64,000 bases of DNA from a virus. Taxonomy: Duplodnaviria; Caudoviricetes. Shown in pieces: positions 1 through 11,900 of the stretch. The position numbers and the translations under genes were made by a program. Positions within the stretch are counted from its first letter, which is position 1, and the number at the start of each line of letters is the position of its first letter. Under the pieces are notes generated by a model. It saw nothing but the letters and a program-made list of their open reading frames with translations, searched no databases and was not told the DNA's origin. The stretch lies in IMG/VR virus record IMGVR_UViG_3300042862_000163, positions 32,001 to 96,000 of that record; one strand, written 5' to 3'.

Positions 1-1
1 A

Positions 2-202
2 ACTAATGATGAAACTTTCAATCAGTTACAACAAAAGTTAATGTATCATAAACAAGCATATGAAGAAGCCTTTATTATGGCTAGTATTGAAATCAAGAAA
101 CAAACTCCTTGGGAAAAACAACAAAGGATTAAGAATGATTTGAATAGATTTAATATGTATGAACTTCCTACTAGTAGATATGGAAGACGTAGAAATAATT
201 AA
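2..202 (+). CDS. 3' end of a probable tail ring/tubular protein (5'-partial)
   Basis: Open frame from the window edge (...TNDETFNQLQQKLMYHKQAYEEAFIMAS...YGRRRNN*), ending 8 nt before the muzzle gene. The product is inferred only from crAss-like gene order. Confidence 0.5.
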   Translation, partial: TNDETFNQLQQKLMYHKQAYEEAFIMASIEIKKQTPWEKQQRIKNDLNRFNMYELPTSRYGRRRNN

Positions 203-210
203 TATATATC

Positions 211-3200
211 ATGGCTGAAGAAGAAAAAGGCAATATAAGACAAGAATATAATAATGCAACTGTAGGACTTAATATGGATCAAACTTTGAACCAGATTAAA
301 CCAGGCACTCTTACTTATGCATTGAATGCTGCTTTAGAAAACTTTGATTCATCGTCTGTTAATTATCAGAATGAACAAGGAAATGAACTTTGTTTATCTT
401 TTCCAAAAAACTATGTATTAATAGGAGAACATTTTATCAACGAAAAAAGTAAACATATATTCTTTATTACCAATCCTAATGATGGTTCATCTGAGATAGG
501 TTATATGGATAATAATGATTGTATATATCATACATTAGTTAATGCAGCATGTCTTAATTTTAATATTGATAATCCAATACATAAAGCTGTACATAAAATA
601 GCTAATTGTAAAACTGAAATTTATTGGACAGATGGATTTAATCCAAGAAGATATTTAGATATTGAAAATATTCCTTATACATTAACTTCTGATTCAGATC
701 TTTGTGATCCTACATATACTAAAATATTAGATTGTAATCAATTAAAAATACAACCTAATTTTAACATTCCAGATCTTTCAGTTGTAGATATTACAACTGG
801 AGGAGCTTTAATTTCTGGTACATATCAATTTGCTGTACAATATGCAGATGCTTCTGGTAATCCATATACATCGTATTATTCTATTACAAACCCTACACCA
901 ATTGCTGATATTAGTATTACAACGGTAAATTATAATTACAATGTAGGTAAGTCAATTGTTATTGATGTTTCTAATTTAGATACAACAGGAGAATATACAT
1001 ATTTTAACTTAGCAGTTATTAAAACAATAAATGCAGTGAGTTCTGTTGAATTAGTTGGTACATATTTTATTGATAATTCAACAAGACAAATAACTTATAC
1101 TGGACAAGATGTCACTGCCATAAGATTATCTATTAATGATATATTTGAAAAGTTTCCATATTATGATATAGCTGAAGATTTAACTACAGCACAAGATGTT
1201 CTTATATGGGATGGACTTGTATCTATTGATAGAATCAATTATCAAGAAATAGCAACAGGTATAAATTTACTTTGGGAAACATATAAATTACCACCAACTG
1301 AAAACTATTCAGATGAATTAAATGCTACTAATCTAAGAGGTTATCTTCGTGATGAGGTGTATGCTTTTGAAATTGCATTCCTACTTAGAAATGGAAAACA
1401 AACAGATGGTTTTCATATACCAGGTAGAGAAGCAATAAGTAGTGATTTAGTTAGTGTTCCTAATACAAATCAAGATTTTATTGGTGAAGGCACAAGTGCT
1501 CCTTATTGGGAAATTTACAACACTGCTTCTGTAATTAATGCATCTCCTGTAGATGCAACAACTAATATTGGTAATGCCACTGCTTACAACTATGGTAAAT
1601 TTGCATATTGGGAATCTACAGAAGAATATCCATGCAACACTAATGTATGGGGAGATCTTGGTGGACAAAAGATTAGACATCATAAGTTTCCAGATGTATT
1701 AGTATCTCCTATTACAAAACCAGTCATAGGATATGATCCTCTTACAGGATTATCTTTTCAAAATAATAATGTATTTCCTATAGGAGTAAAAATAGATATT
1801 ACTCAAGTAAATACTTTAATTCAAAGTTCTTCTCTTACAGATGAACAAAAAGCAGATATAGTAGGATTTAAAATACTAAGAGGAGATAGAGCAACAAATA
1901 AATCTATTGTAGGTAAAGGAATTCTTCGTAATGTAGGAAGATATAAAAGAGAAGAACAATCTTTTTATTTTCCTAATTATCCGTATAATGATATTAATGA
2001 AGATCCATTTATTAATGCAACTAATAATGGATGGACACAGTTATGTGAACCGTTTGTTGTAAATGTTACTTCACTTGGACCTAATGGTTATGTTGAAATA
2101 GAATACACTAGTTGTAATACTGATAAATCAATAAAAGAAAAATTATACACATTAGGAATTCATAACATTTGTGCTATTACAAAACCTATAATTTATAGTG
2201 GTACTGCTACATCTGCATATGGTAATTATAATGTTTGGAGAATTGCTTCTACTGGCACAGCTATTCAATTTTGTGCTGGATGGCGAGCACGATGGACAGA
2301 TGAATTTGGAGAGATAAAAGAAGAATGGGTAGAAGGATGGCCAACAAATTCTAGTTATATTATTCATGTAAAGGTAGGAACAGAACCTGTATGTATTGAT
2401 GGATGCGATCATTGTGGTAAAACTATTCAAGCTAGACCTGACGAAGATGTACGTGCAGCAAATCAATGTAAAGTTCCTACACCTCAACCTCCAATTGATG
2501 ATGAAACTAATCAACCTCTTCCATATAGACAAATATTTAATTCACCAGAAACATCATTTGGTCAACCCTTTTTAGGAGATATTGTTAAATTGGAGAATGT
2601 AATATATGGTAAAGGATCTGCACATTTTGTACAAGTTAGAAGTAATGCTAAATATAGACTTCTTACAAAAGAAGCACAAGAAGATGCATTGGATAGTTCT
2701 AGTAGATTGGGAAATATTACAGCTCAATTTAATGCTACTGCTATGTTTACAACATATCAAGCATATCTACAAATATATATAAATGGTATAACAAGAAGAA
2801 ATTATGCATATTCATTTAACTCTACAGCTAGTTATGATTATAATGCAGAGATAACTAATACTGGAAATAAACAAAGAACACTAGATATCAAAAGATATTT
2901 AATTCCAGGAGTACAAAATGTAGGTGATGATTTTAATATAAATAATTATCAAAGAGAATCTTCTGTTTATTTAAAAACAGATGATGCTAAAACTGCATTA
3001 CCATTTCCTAGTAATAGTACTGAAATGGCTAGTATAGGAGTAACAGATAAATCTAGATTTACTGTAAGTAGTGGTAGTTCTTGTGGAACTCCTGCTCAAG
3101 AAAAAGACATTAGTGTTGTTTCTTATTATGCATCATTGAAAAATACTTTTGTTAATCAATGGGGACAAATATATTCTTATGTTACTATTGATACAGGATT

Positions 3201-5355
3201 TCAAAAAAATACTAAAACTACAGGAAGCTCTACAATATTTGGCGGAGATACATTTATAAGTAGATTTGCATTTAAAACTAAACTTCCATTCTTTATTGAT
3301 AATAGAGTTAATGCTCCAGATGATAGTGATGTATTTTATGATGAAATTGGTAATATAGCTTATCCTAAATATTGGCACTCAGCTAGATCTATATTAAGTA
3401 ATTATGAAAAAAATAATTCAGGTACATTATCTAATATAATTTCATATAAAGCTCATGAGTTTGATTGTAAAAATAGTCAAGAGTTAATACCATCAACTGC
3501 TAAAGCAGATACAAATCCTAATAGAACATTCTACGATGGATACTTTTATTTATTTGCATATGGTATTCCTAACTTCTATTGTGAGAGTTCTTATAATACA
3601 GATCTTAGACAAGCATTTAATAATAGAGAAGGTGATTTCTGGCCACATGTATCTACAGGTATTCCTGATGATTGGGTACAAGAAGATTTTGTAAGTATAG
3701 CTAACGATAATACATATACATATAATGTAACATTCTCTAAACAGAATAAAGAAAATACATTTACACATCTTCCTCCTGACTGGGATGGAAAAGCTTGTTA
3801 TACATATTATCCATTTAGAGCAATTTATTCTGATACACAGAATACAGATGCTGATAACAGAGTGAATAGTTGGTTAACATATAGAGCAGTTTCATATTTT
3901 GACTTTCCTCAAAACTACGGAAACTTAATATCATTAGATGGTATTCAGAATAGAGCTATACTTGCTAGATTTGAGAATAAAACATTAATGTATAATAACT
4001 TACTTACTATTGATACAAGTAATCCACAAGCAGCTTATGTTGGTAATCCAATGTTATTTAAAGGAGCTCCTCCAATAGATTTTGCTGAAACAGATCTTGG
4101 ATATGTAGGAAGTCAAAATAAAATGTTATTAAAGATTCCAAATGGACAAATAACAATTGATGCTAAAAGAGGACAAGTGTTTCTTATTGTAGGTACACAG
4201 GCTCAAGACTTATCTGCATTTGGTTCTGGTATGAATAGATTCTTTACAGATCATTTAGCATTTGAAATATTAAGATATTATCCAAATGTAGATACTGATA
4301 ATCATTTTAATGGTGTAGGTTTACATGCTGTATATGATAGTAAATTTGATAGAGTAATAATTACTAAATTAGATTATATTCCTCTAAATAATAATATTAA
4401 ATATAATTCTACAACTAAAGAATTTTACATAGAAGAAGTAGTAGGTGATTCAACAATAACAATAGTTGTTGATTTAAAAGATTCAGATTATTTTTGTAAT
4501 AAGTCTTGGACACTTTCATTTAACATGAATACCAAAACTTGGATAAGTTTTCATAGTTATATTCCTAATTGGTACATAGCTGAGAATAACTTCTTCTATT
4601 CAGGAGTAAATGGATGTTGTGATGATTTTGATTTTGTTGCTGGAATATTAGTTCCTACACCATCAACTACAACCACTACTACTATTGCAATTTTAGATTG
4701 TAGAATAGATGGAGAAGCTCATTTATTTGATTGTACAATTGATGGAGAAGCTACAGTATTTGATTGTGCATTAGAAGCAACTGGTGTAGTTGTAATTGAA
4801 CCTTGCACAAGACCTGCAGGATTACAAACAATTAGTTTGATAACAGGATATACTACAACAGACCCTCCATCTACAGTAATATCTACAGCAAATTCAGAAG
4901 ATGCTTGTAATGCAGTTGCTTATGTAACAACTTATCCAGATTTTATATATATATTATTATCTGCAAAAGCAATAAATCTTACATTATTTCAAGAAGTATA
5001 TTTAGATAATGGTACAAATGATTGTACTACAGTACCTGATGGCTGGTATTTTACAGATGAGAGTGCAAATACAACAACAGATGTGTATCACATTGAATCA
5101 GGGATAATTACAGAAATTTTAAGATGTGTTCCTGCAACAACAACAACAACTACAACAATAGCTTGTTTCTCATATACAATAAGTAAAACAACAGTGGGAG
5201 TTGTAACAGTGAGTTATACTGATTGTTCAGGAGTTACCCAAACTGTAAATATTGGTAACTCTGGTGGAGGACCTTCAACTCAAACATTCTGTGCACGAAG
5301 TGGTAGTGTAATTACACCTCCTGAAGTAACATTAATTAATAATGGACCTTGTTAA
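211..5355 (+). CDS. Tail stabilisation/muzzle protein (crAss-like), N-terminal part, with Cys-rich/poly-Thr C-terminal appendage
   Basis: 1714-aa ORF with muzzle-type motifs (GLNMD near the N-terminus, IYWTDGFNPRRYLDI, GGDTFISRF, WISFHSYIP), upstream of the cargo genes. Confidence 0.75.
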   Translation: MAEEEKGNIRQEYNNATVGLNMDQTLNQIKPGTLTYALNAALENFDSSSVNYQNEQGNELCLSFPKNYVLIGEHFINEKSKHIFFITNPNDGSSEIGYMDNNDCIYHTLVNAACLNFNIDNPIHKAVHKIANCKTEIYWTDGFNPRRYLDIENIPYTLTSDSDLCDPTYTKILDCNQLKIQPNFNIPDLSVVDITTGGALISGTYQFAVQYADASGNPYTSYYSITNPTPIADISITTVNYNYNVGKSIVIDVSNLDTTGEYTYFNLAVIKTINAVSSVELVGTYFIDNSTRQITYTGQDVTAIRLSINDIFEKFPYYDIAEDLTTAQDVLIWDGLVSIDRINYQEIATGINLLWETYKLPPTENYSDELNATNLRGYLRDEVYAFEIAFLLRNGKQTDGFHIPGREAISSDLVSVPNTNQDFIGEGTSAPYWEIYNTASVINASPVDATTNIGNATAYNYGKFAYWESTEEYPCNTNVWGDLGGQKIRHHKFPDVLVSPITKPVIGYDPLTGLSFQNNNVFPIGVKIDITQVNTLIQSSSLTDEQKADIVGFKILRGDRATNKSIVGKGILRNVGRYKREEQSFYFPNYPYNDINEDPFINATNNGWTQLCEPFVVNVTSLGPNGYVEIEYTSCNTDKSIKEKLYTLGIHNICAITKPIIYSGTATSAYGNYNVWRIASTGTAIQFCAGWRARWTDEFGEIKEEWVEGWPTNSSYIIHVKVGTEPVCIDGCDHCGKTIQARPDEDVRAANQCKVPTPQPPIDDETNQPLPYRQIFNSPETSFGQPFLGDIVKLENVIYGKGSAHFVQVRSNAKYRLLTKEAQEDALDSSSRLGNITAQFNATAMFTTYQAYLQIYINGITRRNYAYSFNSTASYDYNAEITNTGNKQRTLDIKRYLIPGVQNVGDDFNINNYQRESSVYLKTDDAKTALPFPSNSTEMASIGVTDKSRFTVSSGSSCGTPAQEKDISVVSYYASLKNTFVNQWGQIYSYVTIDTGFQKNTKTTGSSTIFGGDTFISRFAFKTKLPFFIDNRVNAPDDSDVFYDEIGNIAYPKYWHSARSILSNYEKNNSGTLSNIISYKAHEFDCKNSQELIPSTAKADTNPNRTFYDGYFYLFAYGIPNFYCESSYNTDLRQAFNNREGDFWPHVSTGIPDDWVQEDFVSIANDNTYTYNVTFSKQNKENTFTHLPPDWDGKACYTYYPFRAIYSDTQNTDADNRVNSWLTYRAVSYFDFPQNYGNLISLDGIQNRAILARFENKTLMYNNLLTIDTSNPQAAYVGNPMLFKGAPPIDFAETDLGYVGSQNKMLLKIPNGQITIDAKRGQVFLIVGTQAQDLSAFGSGMNRFFTDHLAFEILRYYPNVDTDNHFNGVGLHAVYDSKFDRVIITKLDYIPLNNNIKYNSTTKEFYIEEVVGDSTITIVVDLKDSDYFCNKSWTLSFNMNTKTWISFHSYIPNWYIAENNFFYSGVNGCCDDFDFVAGILVPTPSTTTTTTIAILDCRIDGEAHLFDCTIDGEATVFDCALEATGVVVIEPCTRPAGLQTISLITGYTTTDPPSTVISTANSEDACNAVAYVTTYPDFIYILLSAKAINLTLFQEVYLDNGTNDCTTVPDGWYFTDESANTTTDVYHIESGIITEILRCVPATTTTTTTIACFSYTISKTTVGVVTVSYTDCSGVTQTVNIGNSGGGPSTQTFCARSGSVITPPEVTLINNGPC
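4693..4785 (+). repeat. Three imperfect 33-nt (11-aa) coding repeats
   Basis: LDCRIDGEAHL / FDCTIDGEATV / FDCALEATG, directly after a poly-Thr tract. Confidence 0.75.
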
Positions 5356-5364
5356 TAAATTAAT

Positions 5365-6231
5365 ATGTCAAAAGTAATAACAATAAAGTTAACACAAGTA
5401 GGACCTACTGCTGGACCATTCTCAATCTTTGATCAGTTTGGGAATGTAATAGCAGAAGGTGTTTCTAAAAAAACTCTTATATTAGGAATAAGTTATACTG
5501 TAAACGATAATGTAACTATGGTTACATTAAAATCTACAGGAGATTGTAAATCTGAAAAGACCATATCATTACATGATATTACTAGAGACGAATATTATAA
5601 TATCAAATTAACACAAACTATAACAGGATGTATATGGAGACACTTAACTAATATACAATTATACAATAGTTTCTATGGAAATGTAAGACCATATATAATT
5701 GAATATCCTTTTGCTTATCAGTATCAAGATGAGATTCTCCAGAACGTACAAGATTACACTAAGGCATATGAATATATTTCTATACCAGATGGTGTGTTTA
5801 ATGATAACACAAGAATAGAAACAAATGATAAATGGTTTAATAAAGCTATCCTTTATAATGGACAACAAAGTTCTGGTGTATTAAACTTAGTGGCAAAACC
5901 ATTAAACAACATGCATGCATACATGCAATATCCAATATTCAATACAGATAGTAAAACAATTCTATATACTAAGAGCGATAGCTTTTATCAGTATAATACA
6001 TTCTGGGCTCTTCAAAAATCTTCTCAAATTCCATTATTCAACACTGGATGTCAGAGTCTTTCTATTGATAAAGTAGTTAATCAAGAAAACATGAATTATG
6101 ATACACGTAGTTTCAAAAAAGCTCCTCTAAGAGCAAAAGAATTAAAAGTGAGACATATTCTTGACAATCAATCAAACGTTCACCTAGTGAGCCAATTCAT
6201 ATTAACTCCTGCACAAATATCATATAAGTAA
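5365..6231 (+). CDS. Probable C-terminal part of the muzzle/stabilisation protein, with a short N-terminal beta domain
   Basis: 288-aa ORF. IWRHLTN..YNSFYG..PYIIEY and FNKAILYNGQQSSG resemble the segment that normally follows SFHSY in crAss-like muzzle proteins. Confidence 0.55.
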   Translation: MSKVITIKLTQVGPTAGPFSIFDQFGNVIAEGVSKKTLILGISYTVNDNVTMVTLKSTGDCKSEKTISLHDITRDEYYNIKLTQTITGCIWRHLTNIQLYNSFYGNVRPYIIEYPFAYQYQDEILQNVQDYTKAYEYISIPDGVFNDNTRIETNDKWFNKAILYNGQQSSGVLNLVAKPLNNMHAYMQYPIFNTDSKTILYTKSDSFYQYNTFWALQKSSQIPLFNTGCQSLSIDKVVNQENMNYDTRSFKKAPLRAKELKVRHILDNQSNVHLVSQFILTPAQISYK

Positions 6232-8903
6232 TGGCTAGTAAAGTAAAATGCACATGTGGATGGTCATGGGACAAATCTGATTCTAGTGTTAAGGATATGT
6301 ACATATGTCATGAATGTGGTAGAGACAATAGCAACAACATGAAGAATGGCGGTTGGTTAGATAACTACGGTAAAGAAGATAATTATAATGATTATCAAAC
6401 ACATGCTCCTGAAGGATTTCAAGGAGATGGATATTCTAATGTAGGTAGAAATAGTTCTCCTGCATGGGGAGGACAGTTTCAAACTGGAGGTAAACTAAAA
6501 TTTTTACAACCTACTAGTGATAAGTTACCAAAAGGATATAGAATTCCATATTCTGATCCTAGTAGTGAAAGAGCTATGTCTATAGGTGGAGAAGATGGAG
6601 AACCAGCTTATTTAATTCCTAGTTTCAAATATGGTAAACCATTAAATGATCCAATGGGAGAATTTAGAAAAACAGGTGAACATTTAGGTGGTCCATTTAA
6701 AACATGGCAAGAAGCTGATAAATGGGAAAATGAAACTAGACATCCAGCAGTTGAGAAAGGAGAAAATATAATGTTTCCTCAGAAAGAATTTCAAATGGGA
6801 GGAGTAATGCCAGGAGCTGTAGGACATATGTATGCTAGACATGGATCTCCTAGTAAAGGACCACGTAGAAACCAAACTGATGTTACAGATGCTTCTGCAC
6901 AGAATGGCAAAGAGATGCAATACTACCAACAAGGATTAGATTGGAAACCTAAGACTATTAGTCAAGATGGAAGTAAGACTTCTAAATTTGATTTTAAAAA
7001 ATTTAATAAAGATCAAAAAGCAAATACACCACTACAACAATCTATAAATAAAGAAGCTCAATCTGAAGATTCTAGAAGATGGTTTGATACTAAAGAATAT
7101 AAAAATCAAGTTAAAGCAAATCAACTAGCTAAAGATAAAGCTGTTGTACAAGATAGAAAAGATAGACTAAATAAAAGTGCTGCTTCTCAAAAGAAATCTT
7201 TTACAAAAGATAATTGGAGACAACAACTTGCAGATGAAACACAAGCTACAGGAGATAAGTTTAGAATGTTTCCTGATGAACCAAATAATTTCGTTGATGA
7301 ATGGTTGAATCCAGGAGTGATGATTGGTAACATGGCTTCTGATTTAGGTTCTGCTCCATTAAGAGCACAACAAGAAGATTCATATATGCCTTATGTTACA
7401 AGTGTAGGTGTTCCATTATTAACAGGAGGGCTTGAAGGTATAGGAGCAAAATCAAATTCAGAGTTTGTTAGTAATCTTGTTAATCCTCTTAACATAGTTC
7501 CTGGATATAAATCTGCTGAAAAAGCTATAGGACAACAATTAGGTAATGTAGGATCAGGTATTAAAGCACAAACTATTAAGAACTTTCCTAAGTCAGGATC
7601 ACTTCTTCCAGTAATTGATGAACATATGGGAGGATTAAAACAAGGTATAATAGATGTGGCTAAAGGAAGACCATTATTTGAAACATTTCCTATAACACAA
7701 GCACAGAAACAAGCATCTAATATAGTTCAAAATAAAGCGATGCAAGAAGGTATTGATTTTGTTGATAATTGGTATTATAAAAATGGACAGCTTAGACCTG
7801 AAGTAGAAAATAGAATAGATAATATATATTTGACTGAGCCAAATTATGGAATAGGAGCAAAGAATAAAAATCCTTTAACGCTTACAGAAAATAAGTTAGT
7901 GTCTACTAGATCTTCAGACTTACCTTTTGAAAATATATCTGCTGACTCAAAAGAATATCTTGAAGCTAATAGAGGTAGAGTGGCTGGGTTTAATTCTGGA
8001 ACTACTAATGAGAGTATTACATTAAGAAATATGGGGATGTATAGATTACCTGGAGAAGAAATAAAAAAAACTGTTGTACATGAATCAGGGCACTCAGCTC
8101 AAGATATAGGAGATTATATTCCTTGGGGAACAATGACAACTGAATATTCTCCAGAGTTAAAATACTTTACATCAAATCCTGATACTAATATAGGAAAAAG
8201 ATTTAAAAATGCATTGAGAACACCAGTTAAACCTTCTGGAAATAATTATGCACATAGAACATGGCAATCATCACCAAATGAATTACACTCTGAATTAATG
8301 AGTGCTAGATCTCAACTATATGATAAGTTCTTAAAACAAGGAGTTGATCCAGAAGAAGCTATGGGTTTATTACAAAATCCTGGAGATGAAACATTAGATG
8401 CTTTATATAAAATTGGAGGATTAGATCAATTCTTCAAACAAAATAGGTGGGGAAAATCAAGAGTTCCAACGGAAACAAAAAGAGATTTAATGAGACTTCT
8501 TCCAGCAGCAGTTCCAGCAGCAGTAGGTGCAGGAGCTTTACAACAACAAAAAAATGGAGGAATCATTAAAGATGATAGAGGACAATGGGATCATCCAGGA
8601 GAGATAACAAGAATTCAAGGTGGTAACATTACAATGAAAAGAGACCCTAGAACAGGTAAAGCTTTAACTGAACCAATATTAGGTATAGCAGATACAGGAG
8701 AAGAACAAATGATGTATCCAGGTGAAGACTATAACTTTGAAGGAGCTGAGTATGTTACTGAATATCCAAAAGGTAAAAAACCTAGAATGGCTAAGAATGG
8801 ATTAAGACAAGAACAAAAAGGTTTGCAAAATTTAGATAATCTAACTAACTTTACAAACTACAATACTAAACAACCAGGAAGCTGGTTAAACAAATATAAC
8901 TAA
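6231..8903 (+). CDS. Virion cargo protein with N-terminal Zn ribbon and zincin-like metallopeptidase motif
   Basis: 890 aa; CTC..CHEC at the N-terminus; HESGH at 8079-8093 with a downstream Glu (PNELHSE); several xxxGG motifs; TAATG coupling to the upstream gene. Confidence 0.6.
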   Translation: MASKVKCTCGWSWDKSDSSVKDMYICHECGRDNSNNMKNGGWLDNYGKEDNYNDYQTHAPEGFQGDGYSNVGRNSSPAWGGQFQTGGKLKFLQPTSDKLPKGYRIPYSDPSSERAMSIGGEDGEPAYLIPSFKYGKPLNDPMGEFRKTGEHLGGPFKTWQEADKWENETRHPAVEKGENIMFPQKEFQMGGVMPGAVGHMYARHGSPSKGPRRNQTDVTDASAQNGKEMQYYQQGLDWKPKTISQDGSKTSKFDFKKFNKDQKANTPLQQSINKEAQSEDSRRWFDTKEYKNQVKANQLAKDKAVVQDRKDRLNKSAASQKKSFTKDNWRQQLADETQATGDKFRMFPDEPNNFVDEWLNPGVMIGNMASDLGSAPLRAQQEDSYMPYVTSVGVPLLTGGLEGIGAKSNSEFVSNLVNPLNIVPGYKSAEKAIGQQLGNVGSGIKAQTIKNFPKSGSLLPVIDEHMGGLKQGIIDVAKGRPLFETFPITQAQKQASNIVQNKAMQEGIDFVDNWYYKNGQLRPEVENRIDNIYLTEPNYGIGAKNKNPLTLTENKLVSTRSSDLPFENISADSKEYLEANRGRVAGFNSGTTNESITLRNMGMYRLPGEEIKKTVVHESGHSAQDIGDYIPWGTMTTEYSPELKYFTSNPDTNIGKRFKNALRTPVKPSGNNYAHRTWQSSPNELHSELMSARSQLYDKFLKQGVDPEEAMGLLQNPGDETLDALYKIGGLDQFFKQNRWGKSRVPTETKRDLMRLLPAAVPAAVGAGALQQQKNGGIIKDDRGQWDHPGEITRIQGGNITMKRDPRTGKALTEPILGIADTGEEQMMYPGEDYNFEGAEYVTEYPKGKKPRMAKNGLRQEQKGLQNLDNLTNFTNYNTKQPGSWLNKYN

Positions 8904-8905
8904 TC

Positions 8906-11900
8906 ATGAAAGCACAAATTTTAAAGATGTCTGGATGTAAGACCCAGAAAGAATTTTACAAGAAATACCCATCGGAAGAAGCCTTCATGAAGGTTCATGG
9001 TAAAGAGTTTAAGAAAGCTCAATTAGGTGCTAATATAAATTTAGCACAACCAGCATTTAAACCTTTAAGTTTTTCAGATCAGTTTGATTCTGCTGATAAA
9101 ATGATTACAGGTTCCACTGGTGCTGAAAGACAAGAGTTAGCACTCAAACAACAAGCTGCTGCTCCAAAAGATGGTGGAGGCGGTGGTTTTGATATTGGTG
9201 GTCTTATGAAAATGGCTAGTAGCCTTGGTGGAGAAAGTGGTGGTGCTGGTGGAGAAATGGATTTAAGTTCATTAGCTGCAGGAAAATATGGAAGAACTAT
9301 TCATAAAGCACAATTTGGTGGTAATTATGATTTAGGACAAGCTCCAAGTTCAGGTTTAAATATGCAACAAGGATTCCCTCAAGCACAGAATAGTTTTTCT
9401 ATGCAAGCTCCTAAATTTAATGCATATGATCCTCAAGGAGATCAATCAGGAACAGCAATGGCTAAAGGTATTTTTGAAGGAGCACATTCTGTACCTAATG
9501 CCCCACAAGAAAATGGATGGACAAAAACAGCAGGAGCATTAGGTAAATATGCTGGACCAGTGGGAGATATCATTGGAGGTATAGGAGCTTTACAACAAGA
9601 GAAAGAAGCAGCTAAAGCAGCTAAACAAACAAAATTAGTTAGTGATGTTTCATTACAAGCAGCTACAAGTACTGATGTAGATGCAAGAAGACAAATGCAA
9701 GATACATTTTCTAAACAAAGAAATGCTATGATGCAACCTAATGTTAATCCTAATGCACAAGGTGTAGGTACATCAATTGGTCGTAACGGTTTGCAATTAA
9801 AAGGTGGAGGAGAAATACAAAATACATATGATCCTAATACATTATATGATGATCTTGGATATGAACCATTAAATGATTCTAATACAAAACAATATTATCA
9901 TGGTGGAAGAATTCATCAAATGCAAGATGGAGGAGGAACTCCATGGGGAGCTATATCAAGCAAAGCTACAGGTATGGGACAATCATTAATGGGTGGACAA
10001 AATGCTGGTGGACAAATAGGTGGTACAGCAGGTAAAGCAATTGGTTCTATATTTGGACCTGCTGGTGGAGCAATAGGAGAATTTGTTGGAGGCATGGCTG
10101 GTAATTTATTAGATCCTTATGCTAAAAGAATAGCAAAAGATAATGCTGCTACACAAAGAAATATGCAAGGAATGGCTAGTGCAAATATGGCTAAAGGTAT
10201 TCAATCACAGAATCAATCTTTTATGAAAGATGGTGGATGGGTTAGTCATGATTGGACTCCACAAGTAATAGCTTCGTTTGGTGGTCTTGATAAACAAGAA
10301 GTTTATGACTATGCACATGAAGGAATGGATTCATTAAGAGCTGGTGGACACCTAAGAAATTATACTCCTCCTAGTGATAGAGCTATGGAAATATATGAAG
10401 ATGGTGGAGAAATTAATTCTTATGGTTTAGGTGGAGAGTTACAAACACATTGGGGTGGAGGAGCTGAAACTATTTCACGTAATCCTTATTTACCTGGTAC
10501 AGGAGAAACAGTTATGTTTAGAGGTAAGAGTCATGAAGAAAGATCTCCTAATGGAGAAACAGGAATAGGTGTTACTTATGGTGGTAATCCAGTAGAAGTA
10601 GAAAGAGGAGAACCTATGGTAGAATTAGAAGAAGGTGGTACAGTAGATCCTGAAACAGGAGAAGTACAAAAATCAGGAGTGGTATTTGGTAATCTTCAAA
10701 TACCTAATCAATATATAGATATGTTAGGAGATAATAAAGCTAAAGGTAAGAAGTTTAAAAACTACGTAAATGATTTATCTAAGATAGAAGATAAACAAAA
10801 TACATTAATTGAAAAATCTACAAAAGAACTCAATGCATTAAACCCAAGAAACTCTTTTGATAAATTAAAACTTGCATCATTACAATCTAGTATACAAGGT
10901 GCTAATATGAAACTTAAAGAGCTAGCTGATAAAAAAATAAACGCAGCTTCTCTTCAAAATGCAATTAATGATACAGCAGAAGAACGTGGTTTAGTTGCTG
11001 ATGATCTTGCTAGAGGTAAAGTTAAAATAGATAAAGAAGCTCAAAAGCAATATGCTAAGTTTGGTGGTAAGTTTACACAAGCACAAAATGGCATTAATGA
11101 TTTAACTGATGATGAGAAGGTAGCTCAAATGGATAGAGATATTAAAAGTGGTAAACTTAAAGAAGCTACTGTATACAATACTCCAATATCACAAGGTGTT
11201 CCTAGAGGTGCATTTGATGTTAATCCTAAAAATTTACCAAAAGTATCTAACTTACAACTTAAACAAAACGTAGAACTTCCAACATCTTTTGGTACAGATA
11301 CATATAATAATGAGGAAGAACTTACTCCTTCAAATCCTTATATAGATATGTTTAATCAAATGCTACCACAAATAAGACCTACAGATCAAGAAGAATTAGA
11401 TGCATCACAATTGTATCCAGAAATGTTTGCAATGGCCACAAATCAATTACAACCTGTGCAAGCTAACTTCTATCATCCAGAATTAGGTACACCTTACGAT
11501 GTATCATTACAAGATCAATTAAATGCTAATCAAGCTGATTATAGAGCAGCACAAAGAATGATGGGATATAACCCAGCAGCTCAAGCACAATTAAATGCTC
11601 AGAAATATCAAGCTAATCAACAAATATTAGGTAATCAATTCAGAGCTAATCAAGAAATGAAAGATAAAGTATATGGTGAGAATAGAAATATTCTAAATCA
11701 AGCTAAACTTACAAATCTTGGTATAGCTGATAAACAATACGAAAGACAATCAGAAGCTATGTCTAATACTAAAGCTACTACACAAGCTGCTCTTAATTCT
11801 ATAGCTGATAAATATGCTAAGAATAAACTTGAGAATAGAACTCTTGGTGTAATGGAGAATATGTATAACTATAGATACGATAGTAAAGGTAGAATTATTA

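Noticed and set aside
5353-5367. Stop-codon read-through fusing 211-5355 with in-frame 5365-6231
   Set aside because: Two consecutive TAA codons and a good A/T-rich ATG context favour separate translation.
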